A DNA stretch of 64,000 nucleotides from an uncultured Bacilli bacterium (lineage in GTDB: Bacteria > Bacillota_I > Bacilli_A > RF39 > UBA660), in contig CANQYB010000003.1 of NCBI GenBank assembly GCA_947627975.1, positions 3,588 through 67,587 of the forward strand, read 5' to 3'. The notes beneath the pieces were generated by a model. That model was not told the origin of the DNA, ran no database searches, and worked only from the letters and a program-made list of their open reading frames with translations. Every line of letters begins with the position of its first letter. Position 1 is the first letter of the stretch. A program made the position numbers and the translations under genes. This document shows, piece after piece, positions 21,119-33,356 of this stretch.

Positions 21119-21288
21119 ATAAACACATCCTTTAAAATTATTATAACATGTCTAGAAAAAAAAAGAAGAAATATCTTATTTCTTCTTTTTAGTATTACTT
21201 TTTAATATCGTTAATAAATTAATATTAGATTGATATCAAAAAAAATTAAGTACACTAAGTAATACTAGTGTGCACTTAATTTTATTAT

Positions 21289-22155
21289 TTACTTATTATT
21301 GATTTTTATTTGGGTAGTTTTTTCCAATTTTATAGATTCTTGTTTTATATTTAAAGCCATTCCCCATACAAAAATAATAGCTAATAAATAAATCCATAAC
21401 ATTAAAATTATAACATTGGAAAGCCCAGCATAAAAGAGTTGATAATTAGCAAATTTTGTTGTGTATAGTGAATAAACAGCTGTTGATAGTGTCCAAAGAA
21501 TTGTTGTGAAAATAGCACCATAATTAACGTTGGAAGATTTAACTTTTTTTTCTGGCGATATAGTATAAATTATTTTAATTATTATAAACATAAATATCCA
21601 AGAAAAAGGACCTTTTAAAATAGTAATTACCCATGAAATTTTTTCAGTTAAATTTTTATTTATATCAACATAATTAAATAAATTAATAATATGATTTCCA
21701 AAAGCAGGAACTAATAACATAAATAAAAGTAATAATACTAATAAAAAAGTAATTAAAATAGCCCTTATTTTTCTTTTTAAATAACCAGAATTTTTTACAC
21801 CATAAATTGCATTAGAAGCAACTATTATAGAAGAAGCTCCATTTGACGCTATGAAAAAAGCAATCATTAAAAATAGAATCATATGAAAATCTAATTTACC
21901 ATTTGTTAACATTGGTGTAATTAATGTAGCAACATCACTAGAAAAAGCTTTGGCAATAAAATTTTCAATAAAGGATGTAGATATATTTAAAAATGTCGCT
22001 CCATAGGCTATTAATGTTATCATTGGAACAATAGATAGCACAAAGAAAAAGGCTAGTTGCCCTGGTAAAGTTAACATTTCTGGCATATTTAAAACAGAAA
22101 AAATTTTTTTTAAAAAAATTTTAGTTCTTTTTTTTATATTTTTAATTTTAGACAT
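21289..22155 (-). CDS. YihY/BrkB-family membrane protein
   Basis: Six TM helices and YihY-family conservation. Confidence 0.7.
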   Translation of the reverse strand: MSKIKNIKKRTKIFLKKIFSVLNMPEMLTLPGQLAFFFVLSIVPMITLIAYGATFLNISTSFIENFIAKAFSSDVATLITPMLTNGKLDFHMILFLMIAFFIASNGASSIIVASNAIYGVKNSGYLKRKIRAILITFLLVLLLLFMLLVPAFGNHIINLFNYVDINKNLTEKISWVITILKGPFSWIFMFIIIKIIYTISPEKKVKSSNVNYGAIFTTILWTLSTAVYSLYTTKFANYQLFYAGLSNVIILMLWIYLLAIIFVWGMALNIKQESIKLEKTTQIKINNK

Positions 22156-22157
22156 TT

Positions 22158-24209
22158 TTAATCTTCCTCAACTGATTTCTTTTTATTTTTCATATCTATG
22201 GTTGCTTCATTAATAGCATCATCAATTAATTTTAAATCATCAACTATCATGCTATAACCCATTGAAGCTCCATAATCATATGGAAGATTTTTGAATTCTT
22301 TATATAATTTTCTTATATAACTTGCAATTTGTCTTTCAGAATAACCAACTAAATAAATTATAAACTCATTTCCATCACTTCTAATAATATCTGAATTATC
22401 TAATTGAGTTTTAATTAAAATATTAGCTGCAGCTTGAATCTGTTTATCTCCTTCTGAATGGCCATATTTATCATTAAGATTTTTAATTTCATTTAAATCT
22501 ATTATTATTATAGTTTGTGGATAAATAGTATTTTTATCCCATTCAGTCATATTTTCATTTAAGTAATTTCTATTTTTTAAAGATGTTAATTCATCAATAA
22601 ATCGAATTTTATCTTCTTTTTTTATTTTCTTTTGAATTTTTACTTTTTTAGTTAGTTTATATAAAATTATAAATATTATAAATATTATTATTAATATATA
22701 TAGTAAATATTCAGCAATTTTAGATAATAAAGTTCCTTTTTTATATGTTTTTTCATAATTGTTAATACCACGAATAGTCATTTCTTTTGGATCTAATGTT
22801 TTAAAATAATTATTCATTAATTTATATAGTGTTGCGTCCCCATTTAATTTAAATGAATATTTATTGTCTAAAATACTTTCATATTTTATAGAATAATTAG
22901 GTAATTTAGAAAAATAATTTAAATATGTATTTTTGTCTAAACAAATTAGTATATCTTTTTTATTTAGCTTTAATAGTTCTTTTTCAGTTTCATAAGTTTT
23001 TATCGTAATATTTTTTTGTTTTTTTAGATAATTTTCTAATATAGAGTTTTTTAAAACATAAACTTGTTGATTTTTTAGTGATGCTACACTATTAAAAGTA
23101 TAGTAATTATTTTTATTTGCTATTATTACATAATTAATATTATATAAACTTTCTAAGGATGAAAAATTGTCTTTAAAATTGTAATAATTAAAATATAAAT
23201 CAATTTTACTATTTTTTATTGCTTTTTCTAATTTACTTTGATTTTTAAATTCATTATATTTAAACTCAACACTACTAAAATCGCTAAATTTTTTTAAATA
23301 TTCTGATACAATTCCCCCATAATTTCCACTTTTAATTAATTCATATGGTGAAGTTTTAACAAAACCATAATTATATATTTTTTTAGTAAGTAAATCCATA
23401 TCTTTACTTTCTATATTTAAATTATCTAAAAATAGTGCTTTATTATATTTGTTATAATAGCTTTCATATTTATCTTCTATCCATTTGTTATAATATTTTC
23501 GAATAATAGATGATAATGTTTTATCACTACTTAATTTTAAAGAATAATATTTTTTTATATCGCCAAAATGGTATGCAATTTCTAAGTTTTGCGATAATAT
23601 ATCATCAATACATTCATTTTGAGCAACAATTATATAATTAATTTTCTTATCTTCATCATTATTTTTAAATGCTTCAAATAATTGTTCATTATTTGCATAA
23701 GTTACAAAATTAATATTTTTATTTTCAATAAGTTTAGTAATATGATTAAAGTCACTTTTTAAAATACCTACTTTTTTATTAGTCAAGCTATCAGGTGAAA
23801 TTATATTTTCTTTAGTGTCTTTCAAAAGAATGTAATGATCTTCAAAAAATACTAAACTATTAGCAGGTTTAGATTTAGTTATATTAAAAGAAAGATCAGC
23901 GTTATTTTTCTTACTTGTAACAACCACTGGATTTATTTCAATAGTCATTTCTTTAGATAAATCATCTAAAAAAGAGTAAAAAACACCTTCACCATTATCC
24001 CCAAATATAGAAATATTATTTATAACATTGACATTATAAATATTCTTACTATTAGAATTAATCCAATTTTTTTCTATAAAGTTTAACTTATTTTTATCTT
24101 TGAAGAAATAAATTGCTCCTCCAAATAAACATATAATTAATAATATAACTAATAAAGTTATAATAATAACTTTATTTTTTCTTTTTTTCATAAATTTCAC
24201 CTCAAGCAT
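22158..24209 (-). CDS. membrane sensor protein with periplasmic solute-binding-like domains and a degenerate C-terminal GGDEF domain
   Basis: N-terminal TM helix, roughly 450-aa extracytoplasmic region, a second TM helix, then a GGDEF fold (DELTSLKNRNYL...NDKYGHSEGDKQI...RSDGNEF). The signature reads DGNEF instead of GG[DE]EF. Confidence 0.65.
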   Translation of the reverse strand: MLEVKFMKKRKNKVIIITLLVILLIICLFGGAIYFFKDKNKLNFIEKNWINSNSKNIYNVNVINNISIFGDNGEGVFYSFLDDLSKEMTIEINPVVVTSKKNNADLSFNITKSKPANSLVFFEDHYILLKDTKENIISPDSLTNKKVGILKSDFNHITKLIENKNINFVTYANNEQLFEAFKNNDEDKKINYIIVAQNECIDDILSQNLEIAYHFGDIKKYYSLKLSSDKTLSSIIRKYYNKWIEDKYESYYNKYNKALFLDNLNIESKDMDLLTKKIYNYGFVKTSPYELIKSGNYGGIVSEYLKKFSDFSSVEFKYNEFKNQSKLEKAIKNSKIDLYFNYYNFKDNFSSLESLYNINYVIIANKNNYYTFNSVASLKNQQVYVLKNSILENYLKKQKNITIKTYETEKELLKLNKKDILICLDKNTYLNYFSKLPNYSIKYESILDNKYSFKLNGDATLYKLMNNYFKTLDPKEMTIRGINNYEKTYKKGTLLSKIAEYLLYILIIIFIIFIILYKLTKKVKIQKKIKKEDKIRFIDELTSLKNRNYLNENMTEWDKNTIYPQTIIIIDLNEIKNLNDKYGHSEGDKQIQAAANILIKTQLDNSDIIRSDGNEFIIYLVGYSERQIASYIRKLYKEFKNLPYDYGASMGYSMIVDDLKLIDDAINEATIDMKNKKKSVEED

Positions 24210-24693
24210 TTTCTGCTGTATTGTTAGTCCATATTATTGAGTTACTATTAATATTTTTGGCTCCCATTATTGAATAGCCAGAATCTTTATTTTCATTTTT
24301 CAAGAAAAATTGTAAATCATATGAATTTTTTTGTTTTTCACTAAGAAGATCTAAAACAGTAACAGCTATTCCTTCTCCTTCTTCTAAAGATGTATTATCT
24401 TCTGTAATAATTGTTATATAAAATATTCTGCCTGTCAATTTAGTTTGAGCTTTTTTTACTTTATCATTTTTTTCTAAATTATTTTTTATAGATTCTATTT
24501 TAGAATTGGAAATTTTTATATTTTTAATTGGCTCTAGTCGATCACCATATTTATTAGTAGCTATTCCCATAAAGAAGTATTGGAAACAAGCAACCATTAT
24601 AACTATAAAACATAATATAATTATTATTGAAAGTGTTGCAAGAATTGAATTTTTTTTATAAAAATCAGACCACTTTTTCAAAATTTTCTTCAT
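24202..24693 (-). CDS. hypothetical membrane-anchored protein (operon partner of the GGDEF sensor)
   Basis: 163 aa with an N-terminal TM helix; overlaps the next gene by 8 bp. Confidence 0.5.
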   Translation of the reverse strand: MKKILKKWSDFYKKNSILATLSIIIILCFIVIMVACFQYFFMGIATNKYGDRLEPIKNIKISNSKIESIKNNLEKNDKVKKAQTKLTGRIFYITIITEDNTSLEEGEGIAVTVLDLLSEKQKNSYDLQFFLKNENKDSGYSIMGAKNINSNSIIWTNNTAENA

Positions 24694-24815
24694 TAAATTC
24701 TCTCCTTTAAAAGTAATATAATTATACTACATTATATTACTTCATGCAATTATTTTTGCTTTATAATAGAATTAGTTTTTTAAATTTACATTTAAAAAAA
24801 TTGAACTTTATTAAT

Positions 24816-26810
<1,995 letters not shown>

Positions 26811-27617
26811 TTATATATCTTTTCTTTTTTTGGCAAAGTCTATATTAGCTTTTAAATAGCCACTTTTACTCCCAATATCATAATATTTGCCATCTATTAA
26901 TGTAGGGTAAAAATCCTGTTCCTGCATTAATTGTTCCATAGCATCAGTAAATTGATATTCATTATTTTTTGTTGGTTTTAAATTTTTTATAATTGAAAAT
27001 ATTTTTTTATTGACAATATATCTTCCTAATCCAGCTAAATTAGATGGGGCTTCATCTAAAGAAGGTTTTTCTACAATTTTTACTATTTTCCCTTGATCTA
27101 ATTTACATATACCATAATTTGATAATTTTTCTTTTTCAACTTCCATACATCCAATAACATTGCAATTTTTTTCTTCATGAGTTTTTATAATTTGTTTTAA
27201 AGCTGGTATTTTGGCATCCATTAAATCATCACCATATAAAACTGCAAAATAATCATCTTCTATATATTTTTCAGCCAAAGATATTGCTGAAGCACTACCA
27301 GTTGCATCATTTTGGTAACAGTAAGTAAATTTAATTTTTTCTATTATTTCATTTATGCCTTTAAGCAATTCTTTTTTGTTATCAGATATTCTTGATTCTA
27401 TATAATCATTATGTTTAAAATAATTTTCAATTTCTGGTTTTCTAGAAGTCGTTATAAATATTATTTCCTCAATTCCACTATCCATACATTCTTTTACAAT
27501 ATAATGAATAGAAGGAATATCAATTATTGGTAGCATTTCTTTAGCTATGGCCTTTGTTATTGGTAAAAATCTTGTTCCCATTCCAGCCACAGGAATTACT
27601 GCTTTTTTTATTTTCAT
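26811..27617 (-). CDS. galU: UTP--glucose-1-phosphate uridylyltransferase
   Basis: KAVIPVAGMGTRFLPITKAIAKEMLP nucleotidyltransferase motif. Confidence 0.8.
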   Translation of the reverse strand: MKIKKAVIPVAGMGTRFLPITKAIAKEMLPIIDIPSIHYIVKECMDSGIEEIIFITTSRKPEIENYFKHNDYIESRISDNKKELLKGINEIIEKIKFTYCYQNDATGSASAISLAEKYIEDDYFAVLYGDDLMDAKIPALKQIIKTHEEKNCNVIGCMEVEKEKLSNYGICKLDQGKIVKIVEKPSLDEAPSNLAGLGRYIVNKKIFSIIKNLKPTKNNEYQFTDAMEQLMQEQDFYPTLIDGKYYDIGSKSGYLKANIDFAKKRKDI

Positions 27618-27618
27618 A

Positions 27619-29706
27619 TCAATTATTCTCCTTTACTATACTTTTATGATTTTTAAGTAATTTTTTTATTCCAATTTTTTTATTAAATGCCACTGTAATC
27701 ATGCCATTAACATCTTCCACTACAACTCCTTTACCATATTTTTCATGATTTATAATATCGCCACATTTAATTTCATCATTATTTTTTAAATACATTTCTT
27801 TTTTATTAATTTTTTTATCTTCTATCATATTATCATTTTTAGAATCTAATAAATTATTATCAATTTCTTTTATAAATCTTGATGGTGCATTCATGCAATC
27901 TTTTCCATAAAGCATTCTTCTTTTAGCATTAGTCAAGTATAAATATTCACAGGCTCTAGTTATGCCAACATACATTAATCTTCTTTCTTCTTCTATATTA
28001 TTTTCCATTATAGAATTAATATTTGGAAATATTCCTTCTTCTAATCCTATTAAAAATACTACCTTAAATTCAAGTCCTTTGGCACTGTGTAAAGTCATTA
28101 AAGTAATTGAATCATTTTCATCTTTTTTTCTTTCAGACATATCAGAAATTAAGGCAATAGATTCTAAGAAATCATCTAATGAAACATTTCCTGTTTCATT
28201 TTCAAAGGATATAGCAATACTTTTAAATTCCATTAAATTTTCTATTTTTATATCAGATTCTATAGTATTTTCATTTTTATATTCACTAAGTATTCCAGAC
28301 TTTTCTAAGACTTTATCAATTATTTCTGATAATGATAAATCCTTTACATCATTTTTTAATTCATTTATCAATTTTTTAAATTCTAATTCTTTACCTGAAT
28401 CAATTGCTTCAAACATACTTATATTTTTTTCTTTAGCTTTATTTTCTAAATTTAATACAGATTTTGGTCCTATCTTTCTTTTTGGAACATTTATTATTCT
28501 TTGTAAAGCAATATCATCATCAGTATTTAAAATTAGTTTTAAGTAACATATTAAATCTTTTATTTCTTTACGAGAATAAAAGTAATAACTTCCCACTATT
28601 TTGTAAGAAATATTAGAAGATAAAAACATTTCTTCGGCAATTCTTCCTTGAGCATTAGTTCGATATAAAACTGCCATTTCATTAAAATTAATTCCTTGAC
28701 TATGTAATTTTTTAGCTTCATCAATTACAAATTTTATTTCATGTTTTTCATCATAACATCTAACATATTTTACTTTTTGCCCTTTTTCTTTTTTACTCCA
28801 TAAATTTTTTTCTTTACGTTCTATATTATTTTTAATAACACAATTAGCAACATCTAAAATTGGTTTTGTTGAACGATAATTTTCTTCTAATAATATAACT
28901 TTACAATCTTTGTAATCTTTTTCAAAATTTAAAATATTTTTGTAGTTAGCATTTCTAAAAGCATATATACTTTGATCGGCATCACCAACGACAAAAATGT
29001 TTTTATTTTTTTCAGCCAAATATTTAGCAAACTTATACTGTACTTCATTGGTATCTTGATATTCATCAATCAAAATATACTTAAATATATTTTGGTATTT
29101 ATTTAAAATATCTTTATTTTCTTGAAATAGTTTCACTGGTAAAACTAAAAGATCATCAAAATCAACAGAATTATTACTATGAATTAAATTTTCATATTTT
29201 TGATAAACTTTAACAACTATTTTATCAATAGTACTAGTTAAAAATTGCGATATTTCAATATTTGATAACATCTCATTTTTTATAAAACTAATTTTGCTAC
29301 GTATATAATATGGAGAATATTGCTTAGAATCAATATCTTCATCTTTCATAATTTTTTTAATTAAACTTAAAACATCTTCACTATCTAATATTGATATATG
29401 ATTATTAAAATTTAAAAAACTTAAATTTTCTCTAATAATTTTAAGTCCTAAAGAATGAAATGTTCCAATAAAGCAATTATTTTCTGGAACCATTTTAGAT
29501 ACTCTTTCTTTCATTTCTTTAGCAGCTTTATTAGTAAATGTAATTGCAAGAATATTATGGCTGGGAATATTATTTTGAATTAAATTTGCAATGCGTGAAG
29601 TTAAAACTTTAGTTTTTCCACTACCTGCTCCAGCCATTACAAGACAAGGTCCATTTATATAAAGTACTGCTTCTTTTTGTTTTTCATTTAATGTATCTAA
29701 ATCCAT
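27619..29706 (-). CDS. pcrA: ATP-dependent DNA helicase PcrA (UvrD family)
   Basis: AGAGSGKT Walker A and the full set of SF1 helicase motifs; lies upstream of ligA as in Firmicutes. Confidence 0.95.
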   Translation of the reverse strand: MDLDTLNEKQKEAVLYINGPCLVMAGAGSGKTKVLTSRIANLIQNNIPSHNILAITFTNKAAKEMKERVSKMVPENNCFIGTFHSLGLKIIRENLSFLNFNNHISILDSEDVLSLIKKIMKDEDIDSKQYSPYYIRSKISFIKNEMLSNIEISQFLTSTIDKIVVKVYQKYENLIHSNNSVDFDDLLVLPVKLFQENKDILNKYQNIFKYILIDEYQDTNEVQYKFAKYLAEKNKNIFVVGDADQSIYAFRNANYKNILNFEKDYKDCKVILLEENYRSTKPILDVANCVIKNNIERKEKNLWSKKEKGQKVKYVRCYDEKHEIKFVIDEAKKLHSQGINFNEMAVLYRTNAQGRIAEEMFLSSNISYKIVGSYYFYSRKEIKDLICYLKLILNTDDDIALQRIINVPKRKIGPKSVLNLENKAKEKNISMFEAIDSGKELEFKKLINELKNDVKDLSLSEIIDKVLEKSGILSEYKNENTIESDIKIENLMEFKSIAISFENETGNVSLDDFLESIALISDMSERKKDENDSITLMTLHSAKGLEFKVVFLIGLEEGIFPNINSIMENNIEEERRLMYVGITRACEYLYLTNAKRRMLYGKDCMNAPSRFIKEIDNNLLDSKNDNMIEDKKINKKEMYLKNNDEIKCGDIINHEKYGKGVVVEDVNGMITVAFNKKIGIKKLLKNHKSIVKENN

Positions 29707-29765
29707 TTTACTACCATCTTTCTTTATAAAATTATTATATCAAATTAAAAAAAATATATAAAGTT

Positions 29766-30419
29766 TTACTTTATATAAATATCGAAATATTTGGGATTAC
29801 AAATAGTAAATTCCATTATTTTTTTTGTTTTAGGATGAGGAAAACTTAAGTAATTTGCATTTAACATTAAATATTTTCCATTATTATTTTTTCCATATTT
29901 TTTATCACCAATAACAGGGCATTTAATATCATTTAAATGGACTCTAATTTGATTTTTTCGTCCTGTTTTTATATTAATATCAACTAAAGCATATTTTTGA
30001 TTTTTAGTTAATATTTTATAGTTTGTATGAGAGTAAAGTCCTTCATTACTTGTTGAATATACATAAAATGTTTTAGTTTCTTTCAAATAACTTTTTATTT
30101 CTCCTTCATTTTTTGGAAAATTATTTAAACAAATAGCATTATATTTTCTAACAACACTTTTATTCCATATATTTTGTAAATATTCTTTGCTTTTTTTATT
30201 TTTAGCAAAAACAATTAAGCCAGAAGTATCTCTATCAAGTCGATGAACAATAAAGACTTTATTATTCTTATTTTTTCGATATAAATACTCTTTTACTTCG
30301 CTATATAAAGAATTATATTTACCATTATCATCTTTAATTGTTAATATTTTACTAGGTTTGTTCACTACTATAATATCATCATCTTCGTAAACTATATTAA
30401 TTTTTTTCATAAATATCAC
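29766..30419 (-). CDS. RluA-family pseudouridine synthase
   Basis: HRLDRDTSGL catalytic motif. Confidence 0.8.
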   Translation of the reverse strand: MIFMKKINIVYEDDDIIVVNKPSKILTIKDDNGKYNSLYSEVKEYLYRKNKNNKVFIVHRLDRDTSGLIVFAKNKKSKEYLQNIWNKSVVRKYNAICLNNFPKNEGEIKSYLKETKTFYVYSTSNEGLYSHTNYKILTKNQKYALVDINIKTGRKNQIRVHLNDIKCPVIGDKKYGKNNNGKYLMLNANYLSFPHPKTKKIMEFTICNPKYFDIYIK

Positions 30420-30518
30420 TCAAAAAAATTATATTAAATTTATTATTTTATAACAAGCTTTTTCACCAACTTTTTTTTGTAACATATAATAAAAAGAAAA
30501 TAAAGAAGGAGGAAAAAA

Positions 30519-31511
30519 ATGAAAAAATATTTAGTTTATACAATTACTTTTATTATAATTTTAGCTCTAATTATAACATCAATTTTTTTGTTTAAACCTA
30601 AAGAAAAAAATGAAAAAAATAAAATTAAAACAATTAAAGTAGCAGAAGTAACTCACAGTATATTTTATGCGCCATTTTATGTTGCAATAGAAAATAATTA
30701 TTTTAAAGATGTAGGAATTGATATTGATTTAATTTTAACATCTGGTGCTGATAATGTAGCATCAGCAGTTTTATCGAAAGATGTAGAAATTGGTTTTGCT
30801 GGTCCTGAAAGTGCAATTTATGTATATAATGCTAAAAATAAAGATTATTTAAAAGTTTTTGCTGGACTTACTAAAAGAGATGGTCAATTTATAGTAAGTA
30901 GAAAAAAAATTAAAAACTTTAAACTTGATGATGTTAAAGGCCAAGAAGTTTTAGGAGGTAGAACTGGAGGAATGCCCCTTTTAAACTTTCAAAACGCTTT
31001 AAAAAATGAAAATATAAAAGAAAAAGATTTAAATATTAATACATCCGTAGATTTTGCTGATTTATCTAGCGCATTTATAGCTGGAACTGGTGATTTTGTA
31101 AATTTATTTGAACCAAATGCTACAAAATTAGAAAATGAGGGGTATGGCTATGTAGTAGCATCAGTTGGTAAATATTCAGGTGAAGTTCCATATACTGCAT
31201 TTTATGCCCAAAAAAGTTATATAAAAGATAATAAAAAATTAATAAATAATTTTAGAAAAGCTTTAAACAAAGGAATTAAATTTGTAGAAAATAATAGTAA
31301 TGAAAAAATTGCAAAAACAATTTTAAATCAATTTAAAACATCATCTTTAGATGAAGTTATACAAATTGTTGATAGATATAAAAAAGCTGATTCTTGGTTA
31401 AAAAATACCAAAATACCAAAAAAATATTTTGAAAATTTAGAAGATATTATGATTTCATCAGGAAAACTAAAAAATTATGTTAATTATAATGATTTAGTTA
31501 TTAATCAATAA
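30519..31511 (+). CDS. ABC transporter substrate-binding protein, NMT1/THI5-like (NitT/TauT family)
   Basis: Signal-anchor N-terminus and NMT1-like fold; the next gene starts at this gene's stop codon (ATGA-style overlap). Confidence 0.75.
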   Translation: MKKYLVYTITFIIILALIITSIFLFKPKEKNEKNKIKTIKVAEVTHSIFYAPFYVAIENNYFKDVGIDIDLILTSGADNVASAVLSKDVEIGFAGPESAIYVYNAKNKDYLKVFAGLTKRDGQFIVSRKKIKNFKLDDVKGQEVLGGRTGGMPLLNFQNALKNENIKEKDLNINTSVDFADLSSAFIAGTGDFVNLFEPNATKLENEGYGYVVASVGKYSGEVPYTAFYAQKSYIKDNKKLINNFRKALNKGIKFVENNSNEKIAKTILNQFKTSSLDEVIQIVDRYKKADSWLKNTKIPKKYFENLEDIMISSGKLKNYVNYNDLVINQ

Positions 31512-32122
31512 TGAAAAAAATTTTATCTATTAAAAATATTTCTAAAACTTATCATACAAATCAAGGAGAAATTAAAGCAATTGATAATATATCTTTAGAT
31601 ATAAATGAAGGAGAATTTATTGCAATAGTGGGAAGTTCTGGGTGTGGCAAAAGCACCCTTTTATCCATACTTGCAGATTTAGAAAAAGCATCATCTGGGA
31701 CTTACAAATTTTACAAAGACAATTTTAAAATAGGTTATATGTTACAAGTGGATGCTTTATTTCCATGGCTTACTATTTTAGAAAATTCAATATTAGGTTT
31801 AAAAATAAATCATAATGATTCCAAAAAAAATATCGATTATGTAAAAAAGATGTTAATTACATATGGGCTTAAAGATTTTATGAATAAATATCCAAGTGAG
31901 CTATCGGGTGGTATGCGTCAAAGAGTTGCTTTAATAAGAACACTAGCAATTAAACCAGATATTTTACTATTAGATGAAGCTTTTTCAGCATTAGATTATC
32001 AAACAAGATTAGCAGTTTCTGATGATGTGTATAAAATAATAAAAAAAGAAAATAAAACTACAATTATGGTAACTCATGACCTAGCTGAAGCTATATATAA
32101 AATAAACATAAATAATTATTGA
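31511..32122 (+). pseudogene. ABC transporter ATP-binding protein, N-terminal fragment (disrupted by an insertion after ...VTHDLAEAI)
   Basis: Walker A (GSSGCGKST), ABC signature (LSGGMRQR), Walker B (ILLLDEA) and H-loop (HD) are present. The sequence then diverges into eight out-of-family residues before a stop. The missing C-terminus is found at 35686-35860. Confidence 0.8.
32086..32096. repeat. left copy of the 11-bp direct repeat TGAAGCTATAT flanking the insertion
   Basis: An identical 11-mer recurs at 35686-35696. Joining the two flanks restores an uninterrupted ATPase reading frame (HDLAEAISLADKIIVL). Confidence 0.8.
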
Positions 32123-32151
32123 AATAAATTGGTACCTTATTATTTAAAGAC

Positions 32152-32284
32152 CATATTTTATAATAGAAAGGAGAACTATTATGAATTCTTATCAAAGAGC
32201 TTTAAATTATATAAAAAATAATCAAGGCAAATGTCCAACATGTTGTTGTAGTGTTGGTGGTATTGGACCAACTGGACCTACTGG
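32152..32284. repeat. IR-left: 133-bp perfect inverted repeat (ribosome-binding site plus the first 35 codons of the collagen-like gene)
   Basis: Identical to the reverse complement of 34363-34495. Confidence 0.85.
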
Positions 32285-33329
32285 ACCAATCGGAATTGAA
32301 GGATTACCAGGTCCAATGGGAATACCAGGTGATAATGGTCCAACAGGACCTACAGGTCCAACTGGGCCTCAAGGTGAAATAGGAATTACCCCAACTTTTA
32401 CTATTGGAAATGTTACTATTTCTGATGATGATAATTACGCTAGTGTAACTGATACAGGTAATAATTTGGAACATATTTTAAATTTTATTTTTCCAAAAGG
32501 TAGTAATGGGACTGCAGGTCCGACTGGGCCAACAGGTCCTGCTGGAACTAGTGTTACAATTTTAGGATCTTATGATACAGTTGAAAATTTAGAAGCCTCT
32601 CATCCTACTGGAAATTCTGGACAAAGCTATTTAGTTGGTGATAATTTATATGTTTGGTCTAATGAAAATGATAATTGGATTGATGTTGGGCAAATTAGAG
32701 GACCACAAGGAGTACAAGGAGAAATAGGGCCAACTGGAAATACTGGACCACAAGGTATACAAGGACCACAAGGTATTGAAGGAGATATTGGTCCAACTGG
32801 ACCAACTGGGGCAACTGGGCCTACTGGACCTGCTGGCATACAAGAAATAGGTGCTGCTTATTTTGTAACATTTAACAACAATTCAGATGATGGTTATATT
32901 ATTAATAGTAATGAAAGAATTCCTATTACAAGAAAAGAAGTTGACAATACTGATATGTGTATTTTAAATAGCGATAATACCATTAAATTTAATAAAGCTG
33001 GTGTTTATAAAGTAGATTTTATTTTAACAGCTTTTACAAAAACAAATTCTGAATTTGATAAAACTAATGATATAATAGCAATTGGTTTTAAAAAGACTAA
33101 TGAAAATATAGTATATGCTGGAGGAAGTTCTTGGTATGTGTCAGAAACAAATACTAAAATTATAGGTCAAGGTTTATTTATCATTTCAAATCCTGATACT
33201 GAAATGATGGAATTAGTAAATATGTCAAAAACTACTTTAAATTTAAATACACCTCTTTTAGATTATACAACATCTGATTCTTATTTTGTAAATCCCGTTT
33301 TAACAATAATAATTCAATATCTTGGATAA
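32181..33329 (+). CDS. collagen triple-helix repeat protein, BclA-like (interrupted G-X-Y runs plus a C-terminal globular domain)
   Basis: [27 protein letters not shown] leader, GPTGPTGP repeats, a non-collagen insert (TSVTILGSY...[11 protein letters not shown]), a second G-X-Y run and a C-terminal domain of about 150 aa. Confidence 0.8.
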   Translation: MNSYQRALNYIKNNQGKCPTCCCSVGGIGPTGPTGPIGIEGLPGPMGIPGDNGPTGPTGPTGPQGEIGITPTFTIGNVTISDDDNYASVTDTGNNLEHILNFIFPKGSNGTAGPTGPTGPAGTSVTILGSYDTVENLEASHPTGNSGQSYLVGDNLYVWSNENDNWIDVGQIRGPQGVQGEIGPTGNTGPQGIQGPQGIEGDIGPTGPTGATGPTGPAGIQEIGAAYFVTFNNNSDDGYIINSNERIPITRKEVDNTDMCILNSDNTIKFNKAGVYKVDFILTAFTKTNSEFDKTNDIIAIGFKKTNENIVYAGGSSWYVSETNTKIIGQGLFIISNPDTEMMELVNMSKTTLNLNTPLLDYTTSDSYFVNPVLTIIIQYLG

Positions 33330-33356
33330 AAAAATTAGTCTTTTTTAGACTAATTT
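33330..33356. terminator. bidirectional terminator between the convergent collagen-like genes
   Basis: AAAAATTAGTCT-TTTTT-AGACTAATTTTT palindrome. Confidence 0.6.

Noticed and set aside
27962-28546. 194-aa ORF antisense to pcrA, plus other short antisense ORFs within pnp, fhs, the PBP2 gene, dxs, nfo and the P-type ATPase gene
   Set aside because: Each is fully embedded in a strongly supported conserved gene on the other strand, with no ribosome-binding site. They are AT-rich chance ORFs.
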